From positions 7,564,001 through 7,628,000 of the forward strand of contig OZ024749.1 in NCBI GenBank assembly GCA_964016885.1: a stretch of 64,000 nt of DNA. Direction: 5' to 3'. How positions within the stretch are numbered: position 1 is the stretch's first letter; each line of letters begins with the position of its first letter. Under the pieces are notes generated by a model. It was not told the DNA's origin. It did no database searches and saw nothing but the letters and a program-made list of their open reading frames with translations. Origin of the DNA: Eledone cirrhosa. Its lineage: Eukaryota. This document shows, in pieces, positions 27,997 to 44,817 of the stretch. A program made the position numbers and the translations under genes.

Positions 27997-30900
27997 GCTC
28001 AAGTATTAATGTAAGGGAGATATATAGAGAGATATAGAGAGATATAGAGAGAGAAAAATTTAAAAATAGCCAGACATATTCGAGGCGTAGAAAACCCTAT
28101 GTTTTAATGTATTAGTATTTATAAAACTTACACTATATTGTAAATATCAGTATTCCTGAATGAAACAAGTATTCACAATGCGTGAAAATTCATTATCTTA
28201 TGTTTAGTTTTTAAAAAAAATTCATATGTCTATGTGAATCCAACTGATTCACTCCGCAAATTCAAAGTTACCGGAAAACATTCTCAATGTGGTATAAAAA
28301 TTTGAGCGTATTATTATTCTTGCGATTACTCTACAAGATTATCTATCAAGCAGAAATAGAGAGCAGATTTCAATATACTAATCGAAAATATATATTATAT
28401 TATAAGCAGAGATAACAATAATAATGATAATAAGTAAAAATATATAAAAATATAAAAATATAGAATAGAAAACTAAAAAAGAATATTACGAAAGAATATT
28501 ACATAATAAAAATATTGCATATTAAAAATACTACGTATTAAAAATATTACGTATTAAAACTTTACATATAAAAATATTAAAAATATTAAAAATAAAAATT
28601 TACATATAAAAAAAATTTACATATAAAAAATATTAAAAATAAAAATAAAATAAAATAAAAAATAAAAATATAAAAATATTATAGAATACTACAATACTAA
28701 AAGAATAAAAATAAAAATAAAAATAAAAATAAAAATCAAAATGAAAATAAAAATAAACCACAAAGAACAACCCTTCAAGGTTAATTGACAATATATTGCC
28801 AAGTTCACTACAAGACAAAGCCAAAAATTATCTATCAAATCACATCTAGCAAGGAATATCGCAAAAAAGATTATGATGTCCAATAATGTCTACATATGTT
28901 CCTATATTTAATATATAAGTTTATCAAGTGTAAGGTTAATTCAGAAAATTTGGAGCATCGGCTTTTAGGGTAGCTTAATTTTTCATGAGGAATGTTTAGA
29001 TAAAAATAAAAATAAAAATAAAAATAAAAATAAAAATAAAAATAAAAATAAATAAAATAAAATAAACAATAAAAAGAGTAAAAAGAGGGAATCAAAGATT
29101 TAGGAATCAAAAGATTTATCGGCTAGTTCTCATATAAATATAAATCAAACTAAATATACTACATTTTAAATTTAAATTTATATTTAAACGTTGAGTTTAA
29201 TCTATGTTTGCAACAACTGAATAAATTTGTCCGTAGGTTAAGGGAATTTTTAGATTTTAGTATAAAGAATATCTCCTCTGCGCAGAGGTCACATGTCTCA
29301 GAGGATGAATTAAAAGGAATCCCTCTTGAGACTATATTCCAAGCCGTCGAATATCTAACGTTATCTAGCTTAAGTTGCCAGAGTACACCTGATAGTGCCG
29401 TTGAAGATTTTTTATTTGGATCTGTGAAAGAATTCTTGTGGTTATTATAGCGAAGTTTAAATTCCGTCGATGTGGAACCGACGTAGTTAAAAGAATTAGA
29501 GTCAGTATTAACATTACAATTGTATACTATATTTTTAACTAAGCAGTTGTTATTTAACGGACATTTAGATCTATCTCTACAGTTACATTTGTTAACTTGT
29601 ATATTATTTATGCTATTATCAGTAGGTTTTAAGTTCCTATTATTTATTCTATTAATATTTTGTGCTAAATTTTTGGTGGATGAGTAGGTTAATTTAATTG
29701 TATGCCTATTGAAGATTGAGTGGTACCTATGTGTTCTAGGGAAGCGATTATCAAGAGCTTTGAAAAATAATTTAGCGATGTGGGTTTTAATGTTTAGTGA
29801 GAAAGGGGGGGCAAACCAAATTATGTTCCTAGTTCTATTTCTTTTTTGTCCTTTGGAATTATTGTAATGCTTTCTATTATAGTTGTTAATGTTGTTGCCA
29901 TAATTAAAAAAGTTGTTACTTTGTTTAGTTTGTTTATCATTATCTATGTACACAATCTTATCAGCATACCCTGCCCTAGCTAGTGCATCATTATAGTATT
30001 GGGCCTTTTCGTCAAAAATCTTTCTATTCGACGAGATCCTAGAGATACGTTTTTGGACTGAGTTTACTATAGTGTTTTTGACAGATCTGGGGTGGTTAGA
30101 GTTAAAGTTGACATAGTTTAAGTTTTCATTCAACTTGTGAAAAGGATAGTGGAGACATGTGTTGAGATTTAATGTTATATCTAGGAAATTGACTATTCTA
30201 TGGTTGTTCTCAATTTCTATTTTAAGGTTAAAGTAATTAAAAAATTTTGTAATTTGTTTACATTTTCTATTTAGTTCAGGGTTATTATTATTAATAAGTA
30301 AAAGCATGTCATCCCTATATAAACCTCCGGTAGTACCAGGTATTTTCCTATGTAGCGAATTGATTAAAAATAAGCCCACAAGGTCAGTTACTTGAGCTGA
30401 GTCGGAAGATCCCATAGTTATGTCAAAATTGCTATCTCTATCTGCTCTGGTCCATAATTTGTCATCAAATTCTATCAAAGTTTTCCTAGCCGATAATATA
30501 ATATGCATTTCTTTGCTAGTTAGGTCCGTATGTTTGAATGCGTAATTTAGTGCCTTATTTAGTAGACTAGGGGTAATAGAAGAATAATAGTTAGCTATAT
30601 CAAGTTGAATAAACCTATTATTATTGTCATATTTAATTTGCCTAAACCACTCAACAACCTCTCCAGTTCCCTTCCACAAGCTCAGGTTAGATACATAATC
30701 CAAGTTCTTAATTTGCAGTATCACCCTGTCAAGAATGTTTTTGCTTAATTTGCCCAGGTCCGATTTTGAAGGTGCGATTAATCTAACTGGCAGGTCAATC
30801 TCAAAATTCCTCTTGTGGTCCTTCATATTGATCTTCGGTTTCCTGGGCACGAAAGGTTGTGTTCTGTTCTCAATTTCCAACTCATGCATTATACAAGATG

Positions 30901-31050
30901 CTTCAACATTCATTTTCACAAGTTCGGTCTTATCTGCTACCTTGTATTTTTTCCTCAGCTCTTTCAGTATGAGGCCATTATACATGTCTTTCTGCACTCC
31001 ATAGAGGTTGTTGGTCTTGTCAGATTTCACCAAGATCTTCTCAGTTTTCT
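27485..31050 (-). mobile_element. Penelope-like element with a long open RT + GIY-YIG ORF, 3' UTR and terminal HHR
   Basis: ORF 29159-31033. Terminal HHR at 27531-27588 (core CTGTTGA). Inverted 3'-end copy at 31073-31320. Flanked by (TA)n arrays. Confidence 0.95.
29159..31033 (-). CDS. PLE reverse transcriptase + GIY-YIG endonuclease (624 aa, N-terminally truncated; probably Naiad-like)
   Basis: RT motifs KSDKT, LDIANYYSSI, FDITMGSSDSAQVTDLVGL, LYRDD, NFLD, SNHP. Linker CNCRDRSKCPLNNNC. EN motifs IVY...YVGST, CDLC, CKH. No internal stops. Confidence 0.95.
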   Translation of the reverse strand: MVKSDKTNNLYGVQKDMYNGLILKELRKKYKVADKTELVKMNVEASCIMHELEIENRTQPFVPRKPKINMKDHKRNFEIDLPVRLIAPSKSDLGKLSKNILDRVILQIKNLDYVSNLSLWKGTGEVVEWFRQIKYDNNNRFIQLDIANYYSSITPSLLNKALNYAFKHTDLTSKEMHIILSARKTLIEFDDKLWTRADRDSNFDITMGSSDSAQVTDLVGLFLINSLHRKIPGTTGGLYRDDMLLLINNNNPELNRKCKQITKFFNYFNLKIEIENNHRIVNFLDITLNLNTCLHYPFHKLNENLNYVNFNSNHPRSVKNTIVNSVQKRISRISSNRKIFDEKAQYYNDALARAGYADKIVYIDNDKQTKQSNNFFNYGNNINNYNRKHYNNSKGQKRNRTRNIIWFAPPFSLNIKTHIAKLFFKALDNRFPRTHRYHSIFNRHTIKLTYSSTKNLAQNINRINNRNLKPTDNSINNIQVNKCNCRDRSKCPLNNNCLVKNIVYNCNVNTDSNSFNYVGSTSTEFKLRYNNHKNSFTDPNKKSSTALSGVLWQLKLDNVRYSTAWNIVSRGIPFNSSSETCDLCAEEIFFILKSKNSLNLRTNLFSCCKHRLNSTFKYKFKFKM

Positions 31051-31122
31051 CTAATTATTTTCTCTAATTATTTATTACGGTATGTCGAATATATTTATCT
31101 ATAAAACTGTTTATATTGTATT

Positions 31123-31180
31123 TTGTCTGATGAAGGCATAGCATATTGTTAATATGATATCCCCGAAATATATATAATGA
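31123..31180 (+). ncRNA. Type-I hammerhead in the inverted pseudo-LTR
   Basis: TTGT-CTGATGA-AGG..CATATT-GTT-AATATG..CCC-GAAAT-ATAT-ATA-ATGA. Confidence 0.7.
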
Positions 31181-31319
31181 AATAGATATGGTTTTATAAA
31201 TATAGTTTTCCATTTATTTAATATTGTAAATATACTCCAAGTATTTGTCGAGTGCTTTTATATCAGTTATAAATATTTACTAGTTGTAACCCAACAATTT
31301 TAAATATAACTTTACATGT

Positions 31320-33870
<2,551 letters not shown>

Positions 33871-34353
33871 ACATTTCCTCGAATAGTTTTCGCGGATGTA
33901 GAGGTTATCTCCCTTGTCAAATTCCATGTGCGTATTTCGCTTGTGGTTAGCCTCTTATCCGCTAGGAAAAAGCTCGTTGATGAAGTAAACTCCATTCCTC
34001 TTGCTCTAGTAGTCTTATATATTTATATGTGAGCTGATAGAGTACAGTCTAAGGATTTACAGAAACCCAAGAAGCTAGATTTAACACCTTTCTAGTGGGT
34101 CCGGGTATGATTTTACATTCATTTAAATTATTGATGTATTGTTTTATTGATATTTTTTATCTGTTTGTCCCGAATCTTCTATTATCGATTTTTTATCGTA
34201 TGGTTGATTGTAGACTTGTTCTATGTGTGACGGTATTTTAACGATAGTTATAGCTCTGATTCATCTGAATTATTGAGCCCTCTGCCGCTCATTTCGAATA
34301 TTGTTTATCGTGAACTCGTGCGCCGATTTTTCGATACTCGATCTTTCTAATAT

Positions 34354-34386
<33 letters not shown>

Positions 34387-34539
34387 ATACTTATATATAT
34401 ATATATATACTTATATATATATATACATACATATAGGTATGTATGTATAGATATATATATATACATACACATATACATATATGCATATATATATATACAT
34501 ACATATATATATACATATACACACACACACACATATATA

Positions 34540-34583
<44 letters not shown>

Positions 34584-34618
34584 ATATATATATGTATATA
34601 TATATATATGTGTATATA

Positions 34619-34667
<49 letters not shown>

Positions 34668-34728
34668 GTATGTATATATATGTATATATATATATATGTA
34701 TGTATATATATGTATATACATATATATG

Positions 34729-34761
<33 letters not shown>

Positions 34762-34766
34762 GTATG

Positions 34767-34797
<31 letters not shown>

Positions 34798-34818
34798 CTA
34801 TACATACATACCTATATG

Positions 34819-34859
<41 letters not shown>

Positions 34860-35041
34860 ATACATACATACCTATATATATATATATACCTATATATATA
34901 TATACCTATATATATATATACCTATATATATATATATATATATACCTATATATATATATATACCTATATATATATATACATACCTATATATATACCTATA
35001 TATATATATACATACCTATATATATATATATATATACATAC

Positions 35042-35074
<33 letters not shown>

Positions 35075-35419
35075 CCTATATATATATCTATATATATACA
35101 TACGTACCTATATATCTGTATATATACATACGTACCTATATATATGTATATATACATACATACCTATATATATATATATACATTCATACATACATGAATA
35201 AATACATACATATATATATATACACGCTTACATTAATAGATAAATAAAGATATACGTATATCTATATATCTATATCCATATATGTATGTATGTGCGTATA
35301 TGTGTATGTGTATATACAGATATATGAACATATAGATATACATAGACATATATGCATATATGTATTTATATTTCCATATAGGTTTATATACATATACATA
35401 TACATATACATAAGGAAAA

Positions 35420-35678
35420 GGATATTTAATTTGGTGCTAATTCAGCAAATATATGTTTATAACTAATTCGAAGCACTCGACAAGTTTTCTGGAGTATTAT
35501 ATTCAATGATATTAAATAAATGGAAACTATATTTATAAAACGATATTTATTCTGTTATATATATTTCAACGGTACCAAAACTTTGGTACGCTCTCATCAG
35601 ATAAAATACAAAGTTTGTTTCATAAGTATTGACATATCCAGGAAGAAGATCTTAACGGTTAAAGTTTTTCCTGGATAG

Positions 35679-35680
<2 letters not shown>
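35420..35680 (-). mobile_element. PLE 3' end fragment with HHR at 35551-35605
   Basis: Reverse complement TTTAT-CTGATGA-GAG-CGTACCAAAG-TTTTGGTAC-CGTT-GAAAT-ATAT-ATA-ACAGA. Homologous to 31073-31320. Confidence 0.75.
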
Positions 35681-35754
<74 letters not shown>

Positions 35755-35767
35755 ATATATGTATTTT

Positions 35768-35798
<31 letters not shown>

Positions 35799-35885
35799 AT
35801 ATATGTATATATATCGATGAAATACCAATGAAGGTTGGAAAATCATTGAGGAAGGACTATTTTTATCATATGTAACCCATGTGCA

Positions 35886-36118
35886 ACCACGCAATATTCT
35901 TTCTAATCATGTTTTTTATATGTATATATATATACATATATATATTTATGTACGTATTTTTTATATGAATATATATATATATATATATATATAAATATAT
36001 TTTTATATAAATATATATATATATATATATTCATATAAAAAATATGTACATAAATATGTATATATGTATATATATATATACATATAAAAAACATGATTAG
36101 AAAGAATACTGCGTGGTT
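35886..36118. repeat. Inverted repeat around a TA-rich centre
   Basis: AACCACGCAATATTCTTTCTAATCATGTTTTT / AAAAACATGATTAGAAAGAATACTGCGTGGTT. Confidence 0.85.
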
Positions 36119-36202
36119 TATATATATATATATATATATTAGAAAGTGAGATTTTTTTTACAAAATGAAAAATAACCGAGGTGTCCTACACGAGTGAAAG
36201 TT

Positions 36203-36503
36203 TAAAGAAAAAGAGATGAAAGCGAAAATGCAACTGGAGTCTTATTTTTTTTTTAATATATATATTTGTTTGGTTCCTTTACCGGTTTCGCAGTTCTTCT
36301 GCTTTTCAAAAGGTCAGTTGAGATGGAGGGTCTGTGGTTTTTCTCACATCTGTGAGAAAAATGTGAGAAAAACCACAGACCATCCATCTCAACTCACCTT
36401 TTGAAAAGTAGAAAAACTGTGAAACCGGTAAAGGAACCAAATAAATATATATATTTTTTTTAAAAATAAGACTCCAGTTGCATTTTCGATTTCATCTCTT
36501 TTT

Positions 36504-36508
<5 letters not shown>
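36203..36508. mobile_element. Fold-back mini-element with a U3-A8 hammerhead in each arm (36276-36313 minus; 36397-36434 plus)
   Basis: About 147-bp arms. CCTT-TTGAAAA-GCAG-AAGAA-CTGC-GAAAC-CG-GTA-AAGG; stem III is the palindrome ACCGGT. Confidence 0.82.
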
Positions 36509-36546
<38 letters not shown>

Positions 36547-36794
36547 AAAATGTATTTATATATATATATATATATGTATATACATGGAAAGTTATATTTA
36601 AATTGTTGGGTTAACAACGAGTAAATATTTATAACTGATATAAAAGCACTCAACAAGTATTTGGAGTATATTTATGATATAATATATATGTATATATCAT
36701 ATATATGTATATATATGATATAATATATATGTATATATCATATATATGTATATATATATGTATATATATATATATATTTATATAAAAATGTATT

Positions 36795-36852
<58 letters not shown>

Positions 36853-37013
36853 ATTTATATACATATATATATGTACATATATATATATACATGTGTATAT
36901 ATATATATATATATATACATATATATATGTACATACAATATATACATGTGTATGTATATATATATATACATATATATATATGTATATATATATATATATG
37001 TATATATATATGT

Positions 37014-37273
37014 ATGAAAGACGTAAAATAAGAACATTTTAAAGAAAAATTTAAAAATTAACTTACTGTGGATTCATATAAAAATAATAATAATTCGGTA
37101 GATGGAACAGCTAGAGGGGACTGGATTACATGCACTGAAAACTCGAAAATTCTCGACGGTTATATTACGTAACTGTCTTTATCCCATTACAGAAAATAAT
37201 TAGTTGGAGTGAAAATTTTAGTAAGTTAATTATTTTAATTTTTTTTTTAATTTTCTTATTTTACGTCTTTCAT
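37014..37273. repeat. Inverted repeat (about 53-bp arms, about 150-bp spacer)
   Basis: ATGAAAGACGTAAAATAAGAA...AATTAACTTACT / AGTAAGTTAATT...TTCTTATTTTACGTCTTTCAT. Confidence 0.8.
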
Positions 37274-37446
37274 ATTATTGTTCTGCATCCTCCTGCATTG
37301 AACCACCTAGGTACTATGACATAACTTATGTATTTGCTAGCATTAGTGTACATCTGTACGCATATGTTAGTAGATATACTAAATTCTCTATATATATATG
37401 TATATAGATATATATGTATATATATTTATATACATATATATATATG

Positions 37447-37497
<51 letters not shown>

Positions 37498-37766
37498 GTA
37501 TATATATATGTATATACATATATACGTATATATATTTATATACATATATATATATAGAGAGAGATTACAATAATCAAAGTTCAGTTTAAATCATTTATTT
37601 GCTTACAATGACTATATTTCACTATTTAAGGTTTGTATAAAAAATATATTACCATAAAAGGGTTTTATTACATACATAACCATAAATAGTATCCTTAATA
37701 CTATATATATATATGTATATACATATATATGTATATATATTAATATACATATATATATTTATAGAC

Positions 37767-37797
<31 letters not shown>

Positions 37798-37804
37798 GAT
37801 ATAC

Positions 37805-37864
<60 letters not shown>

Positions 37865-38090
37865 GCGAAAAAATGGGGAGAAGAATACTGCAGGTAGCAC
37901 ATGGATGACTTGTAATAAAATAAGTCCCTCATCAGTGATTTGCCGACGATCATAGATATTTCATTATATACATATATATATATATATATTTATATACATA
38001 TATATATATATTTATATACATATATATATATATATATTTATATACATATATATATATATTTATATATATATATATATTTATATTTATATT

Positions 38091-38129
<39 letters not shown>

Positions 38130-38232
38130 ATTTATATATATACATATATTTATATATATATATTAATATATATATATTTATATATATATTAATATATATA
38201 TATTTATATATATATATTTATATATATATATT

Positions 38233-38263
<31 letters not shown>

Positions 38264-38318
38264 GTATATATAATTATATATATATATATTTATATATATA
38301 TATTTATATATATATATT

Positions 38319-38349
<31 letters not shown>

Positions 38350-38656
38350 GTATATATATATAATTATATATATATATTTATATACATATATATATGTATA
38401 TATATATATTTTAATATATATATATTTATATACATATATATGTGTATATATATATATATACATATATATTTACTTACATATATATATGTATATATATATA
38501 TATATATACACATATATATATATTTATATACATATATATATGTATATATGTATATATATATATATACATATATATATATTTACATACATATATATATGTA
38601 TATATATATATATATATATACACATATATATATATTTATATACATATATATATGTA

Positions 38657-38687
<31 letters not shown>

Positions 38688-38695
38688 TTACATAC

Positions 38696-38754
<59 letters not shown>

Positions 38755-38759
38755 CATAC

Positions 38760-38804
<45 letters not shown>

Positions 38805-38819
38805 TATATATTTATATAC

Positions 38820-38861
<42 letters not shown>

Positions 38862-38918
38862 TTACATACATATATATATGTATATATATATATATATATA
38901 TACACATATATATATATT

Positions 38919-38990
<72 letters not shown>

Positions 38991-39009
38991 TATATTTATA
39001 TACATACAT

Positions 39010-39125
39010 GCCATAAGGACAGACACTGGTCTGTTGGAGATGCAGGATATGGCAGCGATAATGAGGGACAGAGACCGCTGGAGAGAACTCGTCCATGGAT
39101 CCCGGGAATTTTACCCGCCTTAGAT
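39010..39125 (+). mobile_element. RTE-like LINE extreme 3' fragment within a TA array
   Basis: [29 protein letters not shown], a typical RTE C-terminal DR..WR motif. Confidence 0.65.
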
Positions 39126-39412
39126 AGATACATATATGTATATATATATATTTATATACATATATATATGTATATATATATATATACGTGTGTATATATA
39201 TACATATATATATGTATATATATGTATATATATATGTATATATATGTATATATATATATATATATATTTATATACATATATATATGTATATATATGTATA
39301 TATATATATATTTATATACATATATATATGTATATATATATATATATATACATATATATATTTATATACATATATATATGTATATATATATATTTATATA
39401 CATATATATATG

Positions 39413-39447
<35 letters not shown>

Positions 39448-39642
39448 TTATATACATATATATATGTATATATATATATATATATATACACATATATATA
39501 TTTATATACATATATATATATGTATATATTTATATGCATATATGCATATATATATATTTATATACATATATATATATATTAATATACACCCACACATATA
39601 TATATATATATATATATGTACATATATATATTTATATATATA

Positions 39643-40518
39643 TAATTAAGTTAAAGTGTACATCTACATATGTATACGGAAGTATTAGTATGCATATAAA
39701 TACACACATGTATACATATGTACATGTACTGAGTTTTTCACTAGACACTTTACAGTGAGTGTCAGCTAGTCTGTATGTAACCACACAGACGGACCGGGTT
39801 TTAGAGTCCTACGAGTTTTCAAGGAAACACATTTCCTCTATTCTCCAGAGAGCCAGACAGGAATATTGGACTAGTTTCGATGTTATTACATCTCATCAGC
39901 AATATTTACCCATCTTCCGGTTTCTCTGGAGAATTGTAAAAGCACATATCGTTATATGCTTTTTCTATGAAAATTAGTAGTGGGTAGACTAATTTGCATA
40001 GAACGTGAGTCATTGTACGCACCGGTTCAGCGGAAACGATAAAAACAAATAACGAAACGCTGAACCGGTGCGTACAATGACTCACGTTCTATGCAAATTA
40101 GTCTACCCACTACTAATTTTCATAGAAAAAGCATATAACGATATGTGCTTTTACAATTCTCCAGAGAAGCCGGAAGATGGGTAAATATTGCTGATGAGAT
40201 GTAATAATATCGAAACTAGTCCAATATTCCTGTCTGGCTCTCTGGAGAATAGAGGAAATGTGTTTCCTTGAAAACTCGTATGACTCTAAAACCCGGTCCG
40301 TCTGTGTGGTTACATACAGACTGGCTGACACTCACTGTAAAGTGTCTAGTGAAAAACTCAGTACATGTACTTATGTATACATGTGTGTATTTATATGCAT
40401 ACTAATACTTCCGTATACATATGTAGATGTACACTTTAACTTAATTGTTTAAGCGTCAGTCATACAAAAGTGAGTTAGAAGCGAAACGAAATTTAATTTC
40501 GTTTCGTTATTTGTTTTT
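39643..40518 (+). mobile_element. Large near-perfect fold-back element (about 388-bp arms) with an HHR in each arm
   Basis: 39643-40031 is the reverse complement of 40059-40446, with few mismatches. The duplicated 72-aa ORFs 39759-39977 (+) and 40113-40331 (-) reflect this symmetry. Confidence 0.92.
40184..40228 (+). ncRNA. Type-I hammerhead, intact (mirror copy 39862-39906, minus strand)
   Basis: AATATTG-CTGATGA-GATGT-AATA-ATATC-GAAAC-TA-GTC-CAATATT. A distal helix ATTCTCCAGAGA/TCTCTGGAGAAT extends stem I. Confidence 0.92.
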
Positions 40519-40548
40519 ATATATATATATGTATATACATATATACTT

Positions 40549-40739
40549 CTCCATGGCTCCTTCGTATACTCTGACTCTGTCTCTTTGGTTGTAGCCAGAG
40601 AACTGCATGCGGTTGATGAAGTGTTGGTTGTGTCTTTCCATTTCTGTTGGGTCGCACATGCGGGACACATTCTTCATAATCTGCGATCAGAATATTAAAC
40701 TTAGCACTAATGGACATTGCTGAGTTTTTGAGTATCACG

Positions 40740-40740
<1 letters not shown>
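40549..40740 (-). mobile_element. Internal fragment of the YVDD-lineage PLE
   Basis: Very similar to 51466-51685 (HFINRMQFSGYNQRDRVRVYEGAM), with a small deletion. Confidence 0.85.
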
Positions 40741-40805
<65 letters not shown>

Positions 40806-40886
40806 CATATATATATATATATTTATATACATATATATATATATATTTATATACATATACATATGTATATATATATATTTATATAC

Positions 40887-40921
<35 letters not shown>

Positions 40922-41069
40922 TATATACATATATATATGTATATATATATATTTATATACATATATATATATATTTATATACATATATATATTTATATAC
41001 ATATGTATATTTATATACATATATATATGTATATTTATATACATATATATATGTATATATATATATATT

Positions 41070-41117
<48 letters not shown>

Positions 41118-41155
41118 CATATATATATATATTTATATACATATATATATATATT

Positions 41156-41244
<89 letters not shown>

Positions 41245-41253
41245 TTATATACA

Positions 41254-41320
<67 letters not shown>

Positions 41321-41321
41321 T

Positions 41322-41432
<111 letters not shown>

Positions 41433-41433
41433 T

Positions 41434-41467
<34 letters not shown>

Positions 41468-41525
41468 CTTATATACATATATATATATATATATACTTAT
41501 ATACATATATATATATATATATATT

Positions 41526-41571
<46 letters not shown>

Positions 41572-41684
41572 CATATATTTATATATCTATATTTATATAC
41601 ATATATTTATATATCTATATTTATATACATATATATAGTTATATGTACATATATATATGTATATATATTTATATGTACATATGT

Positions 41685-41734
<50 letters not shown>

Positions 41735-41881
41735 AGTATATGTTGGTTGTTAACCGACACCTCGATATGCAGGCTGGAGCACTCGACGAGGTACGGAGGT
41801 TGGTTTGTTTACTCCGAAGTAAAGTAAAATTATTAAGTCAAATAGGTAAAATTTTCTTCGTTTATTATAAATTATAGATAT

Positions 41882-41936
41882 ACTGCTATATATATTTCGG
41901 TGACAGTCATCGTTGGCTGCGACCTCTTCAGGCAGT
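41882..41936 (-). ncRNA. Type-I hammerhead ribozyme
   Basis: Reverse complement ACTGC-CTGAAGA-GGT-CGCAG..CTGTC-ACC-GAAAT-ATAT-ATA-GCAGT. Confidence 0.85.
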
Positions 41937-42102
41937 CTGAATTGGTGTGGTAGAGACGGGTACACATGTTGTTTAAGTGTGTTTTACTCCGTCAATACAT
42001 CAATATGTCCAGCTCCTGGTTGTATTGTTATTTCTCTGATGAACTGAAATCATATGAATGAGAACAAAGTTCTTATTCATATACATATATGTGTACTTTA
42101 AG

Positions 42103-42148
<46 letters not shown>

Positions 42149-42149
42149 C

Positions 42150-42228
42150 GTATGTATATATATATATATACATATACATAAACATGTGCATATGTATATA
42201 TATCCCCGTTCATATGTGTACGTATGCG

Positions 42229-42266
<38 letters not shown>

Positions 42267-42446
42267 CATAAACATGTGCGTATGTGTATATATATATATA
42301 TATATATACATATACATAAACATGTGCATATGTATATATATCCCCGTTCATATGTGTACGTGTGTGTATGTGTATATATATATATATACATATACATAAA
42401 CATGTGCATATGTATATATATCCCCGTTCATATGTGTACGTATGCG

Positions 42447-42486
<40 letters not shown>

Positions 42487-42745
42487 CATAAACATGTGCG
42501 TATGTGTATATATATATATATATATATACATATACATAAACATGTGCATATGTATATATATCCCCGTTCATATGTGTACGTGTGTGTATGTGTATATATA
42601 TATATATATACATATACATAAACATGTGCATATGTATATATAGCCCCGTTCATATGTGTACGTGTGCGTATGTGTATATATATATATATATATACATATA
42701 CATGTGCATATATATATATCCCCGTTCATATGTGTATATGTGTGT
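42150..42745. repeat. Microsatellite-derived minisatellite
   Basis: Unit CATATACATAAACATGTGCATATG(TA)nTCCCCGTTCATATGTGTACG repeated about 6 times with variable TA spacers. Confidence 0.88.
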
Positions 42746-43009
42746 ACATGTCTATATGTGTGTATCTGTTGTATATATTACTATATATAAGCAATGTCGT
42801 TTGATTCATCTTCGCACCATTTTCTCTCAATTCCTTCAACGTGTACCAATTCCTTGATTCCTCAGTAATTCTCTTATACAGTTCCCTCTTATGTGACTTA
42901 TAACAGAATCTACCTTAATTACAATCAAGCATGCGATGCCTTCGATCTTTCGATCTCTGCCAATCTCCACCATTGACAATACTCAAAATCTAGCACATTG
43001 CCAGCGTTG

Positions 43010-43091
<82 letters not shown>

Positions 43092-43164
43092 TGTATACAC
43101 ACAAACATACATATATATATATTTATATCTATATATATATATAAATATATATATATATATTTAT

Positions 43165-43201
<37 letters not shown>

Positions 43202-43392
43202 AGTATATATATATAATAATATATATACATAAATATATATATAAATATATATATATAAATATATATACATATACATAAATATATATATAAATATATATAT
43301 ATATAAATATATATACATATACATATATATATAAATATATATAAATATATAAATATATATATATATATATAAATAAATATATAAAACTATAC

Positions 43393-43441
<49 letters not shown>

Positions 43442-43530
43442 TATAAATAAAAATATATAAATAAAAATATATATATATATATAAATATATATATAAAAAT
43501 ATATATATATATAAATATATATATATATAA

Positions 43531-43630
<100 letters not shown>

Positions 43631-43756
43631 GCATAAATATATGTATATATATATTTATAAATATATATATATATATATAAATATATGAATATATATATAT
43701 GTATATATATATGCATAAATATATTTATATATATATACATTTATTTATATTTACAT

Positions 43757-43932
43757 ATAACGAAGGAAATGTGGTACGGAACCAGATGGACGTAACGCTC
43801 CAAAGTACTCAATACTTAGGGTAGTAGAGTGGGTAATAAGAATGAGTAGGTCCCTGACGGCTGAGCTCAAGCCGTTTCGACGGCTAATTCGAAACGGCTT
43901 GCGCTCAGCCGTCGGGGTCCTAATCGTTCTCA
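43757..43932 (-). mobile_element. PLE-type 3' end with half-hammerhead hairpin (43839-43930)
   Basis: GAAAC-GGCTTGCGCTCAGCC-GTC-GGGG mirrored around TTTC-GACGGCTAAT-TCGAAA. Half of stem II is missing. Confidence 0.8.
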
Positions 43933-43999
<67 letters not shown>

Positions 44000-44054
44000 T
44001 TACATATATATATATATTTATATATATATATATTTATATTTACATATATATATG

Positions 44055-44098
<44 letters not shown>

Positions 44099-44159
44099 CA
44101 TATATATATATTTACATATATATATATATTTGTATATATATATATATTTATATTTACAC

Positions 44160-44217
<58 letters not shown>

Positions 44218-44318
44218 TTACATATATATATATATATATGTATATTTATATATATAAATATAAATATGTATGTGTGTGTATACATATTTATATATATATA
44301 TGTGTGTGTTTACATATT

Positions 44319-44358
<40 letters not shown>

Positions 44359-44767
44359 CGTGTATGTATGTACGTATGTATGTGTGTATGTATGTATACA
44401 TGTATGAATGTATGTATGTATACATGTTTGTATGTGTGTAAGTATATATATATATATATGTATGTATATATATATATATGTACATATGTATGTATATAAT
44501 TTTGATGTTCTTGCATGTCGATCATATATTGTTTCCTCAGTTTCGGCTGAAGATTTCTCTGACAATCTCTGCTTTGATGCTTACAACTTTCATCCTTCTC
44601 TTTCTCTCTCTCTCTCACTCTCTCTTTCTCTCACTCTCTCTTTCTCTCTCTTTCTCTCTCTCTGTCTCACTCTCTCTTTCTCTCTCTCTCACGCTTTCTC
44701 TCTCTTTCTCTCTCTCTCTCACTCTCTCTCTGTCACTCCCGCTCCTTCTCTCTCTCTTTCCCCTGTT

Positions 44768-44817
<50 letters not shown>

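Noticed and set aside
37880-37965. CTGATGA on the minus strand followed by a hairpin
   Set aside because: No correctly placed GAAA, stem III or stem I.
39759-40331. Duplicated 72-aa ORF on opposite strands
   Set aside because: A by-product of the palindrome, with a GTG start and no recognisable domain.
42032-42064. CTGATGA-ACT-GAAA-TCATATGA minimal hammerhead
   Set aside because: Stem II is essentially absent and there is no valid NUH. At best a decayed copy.
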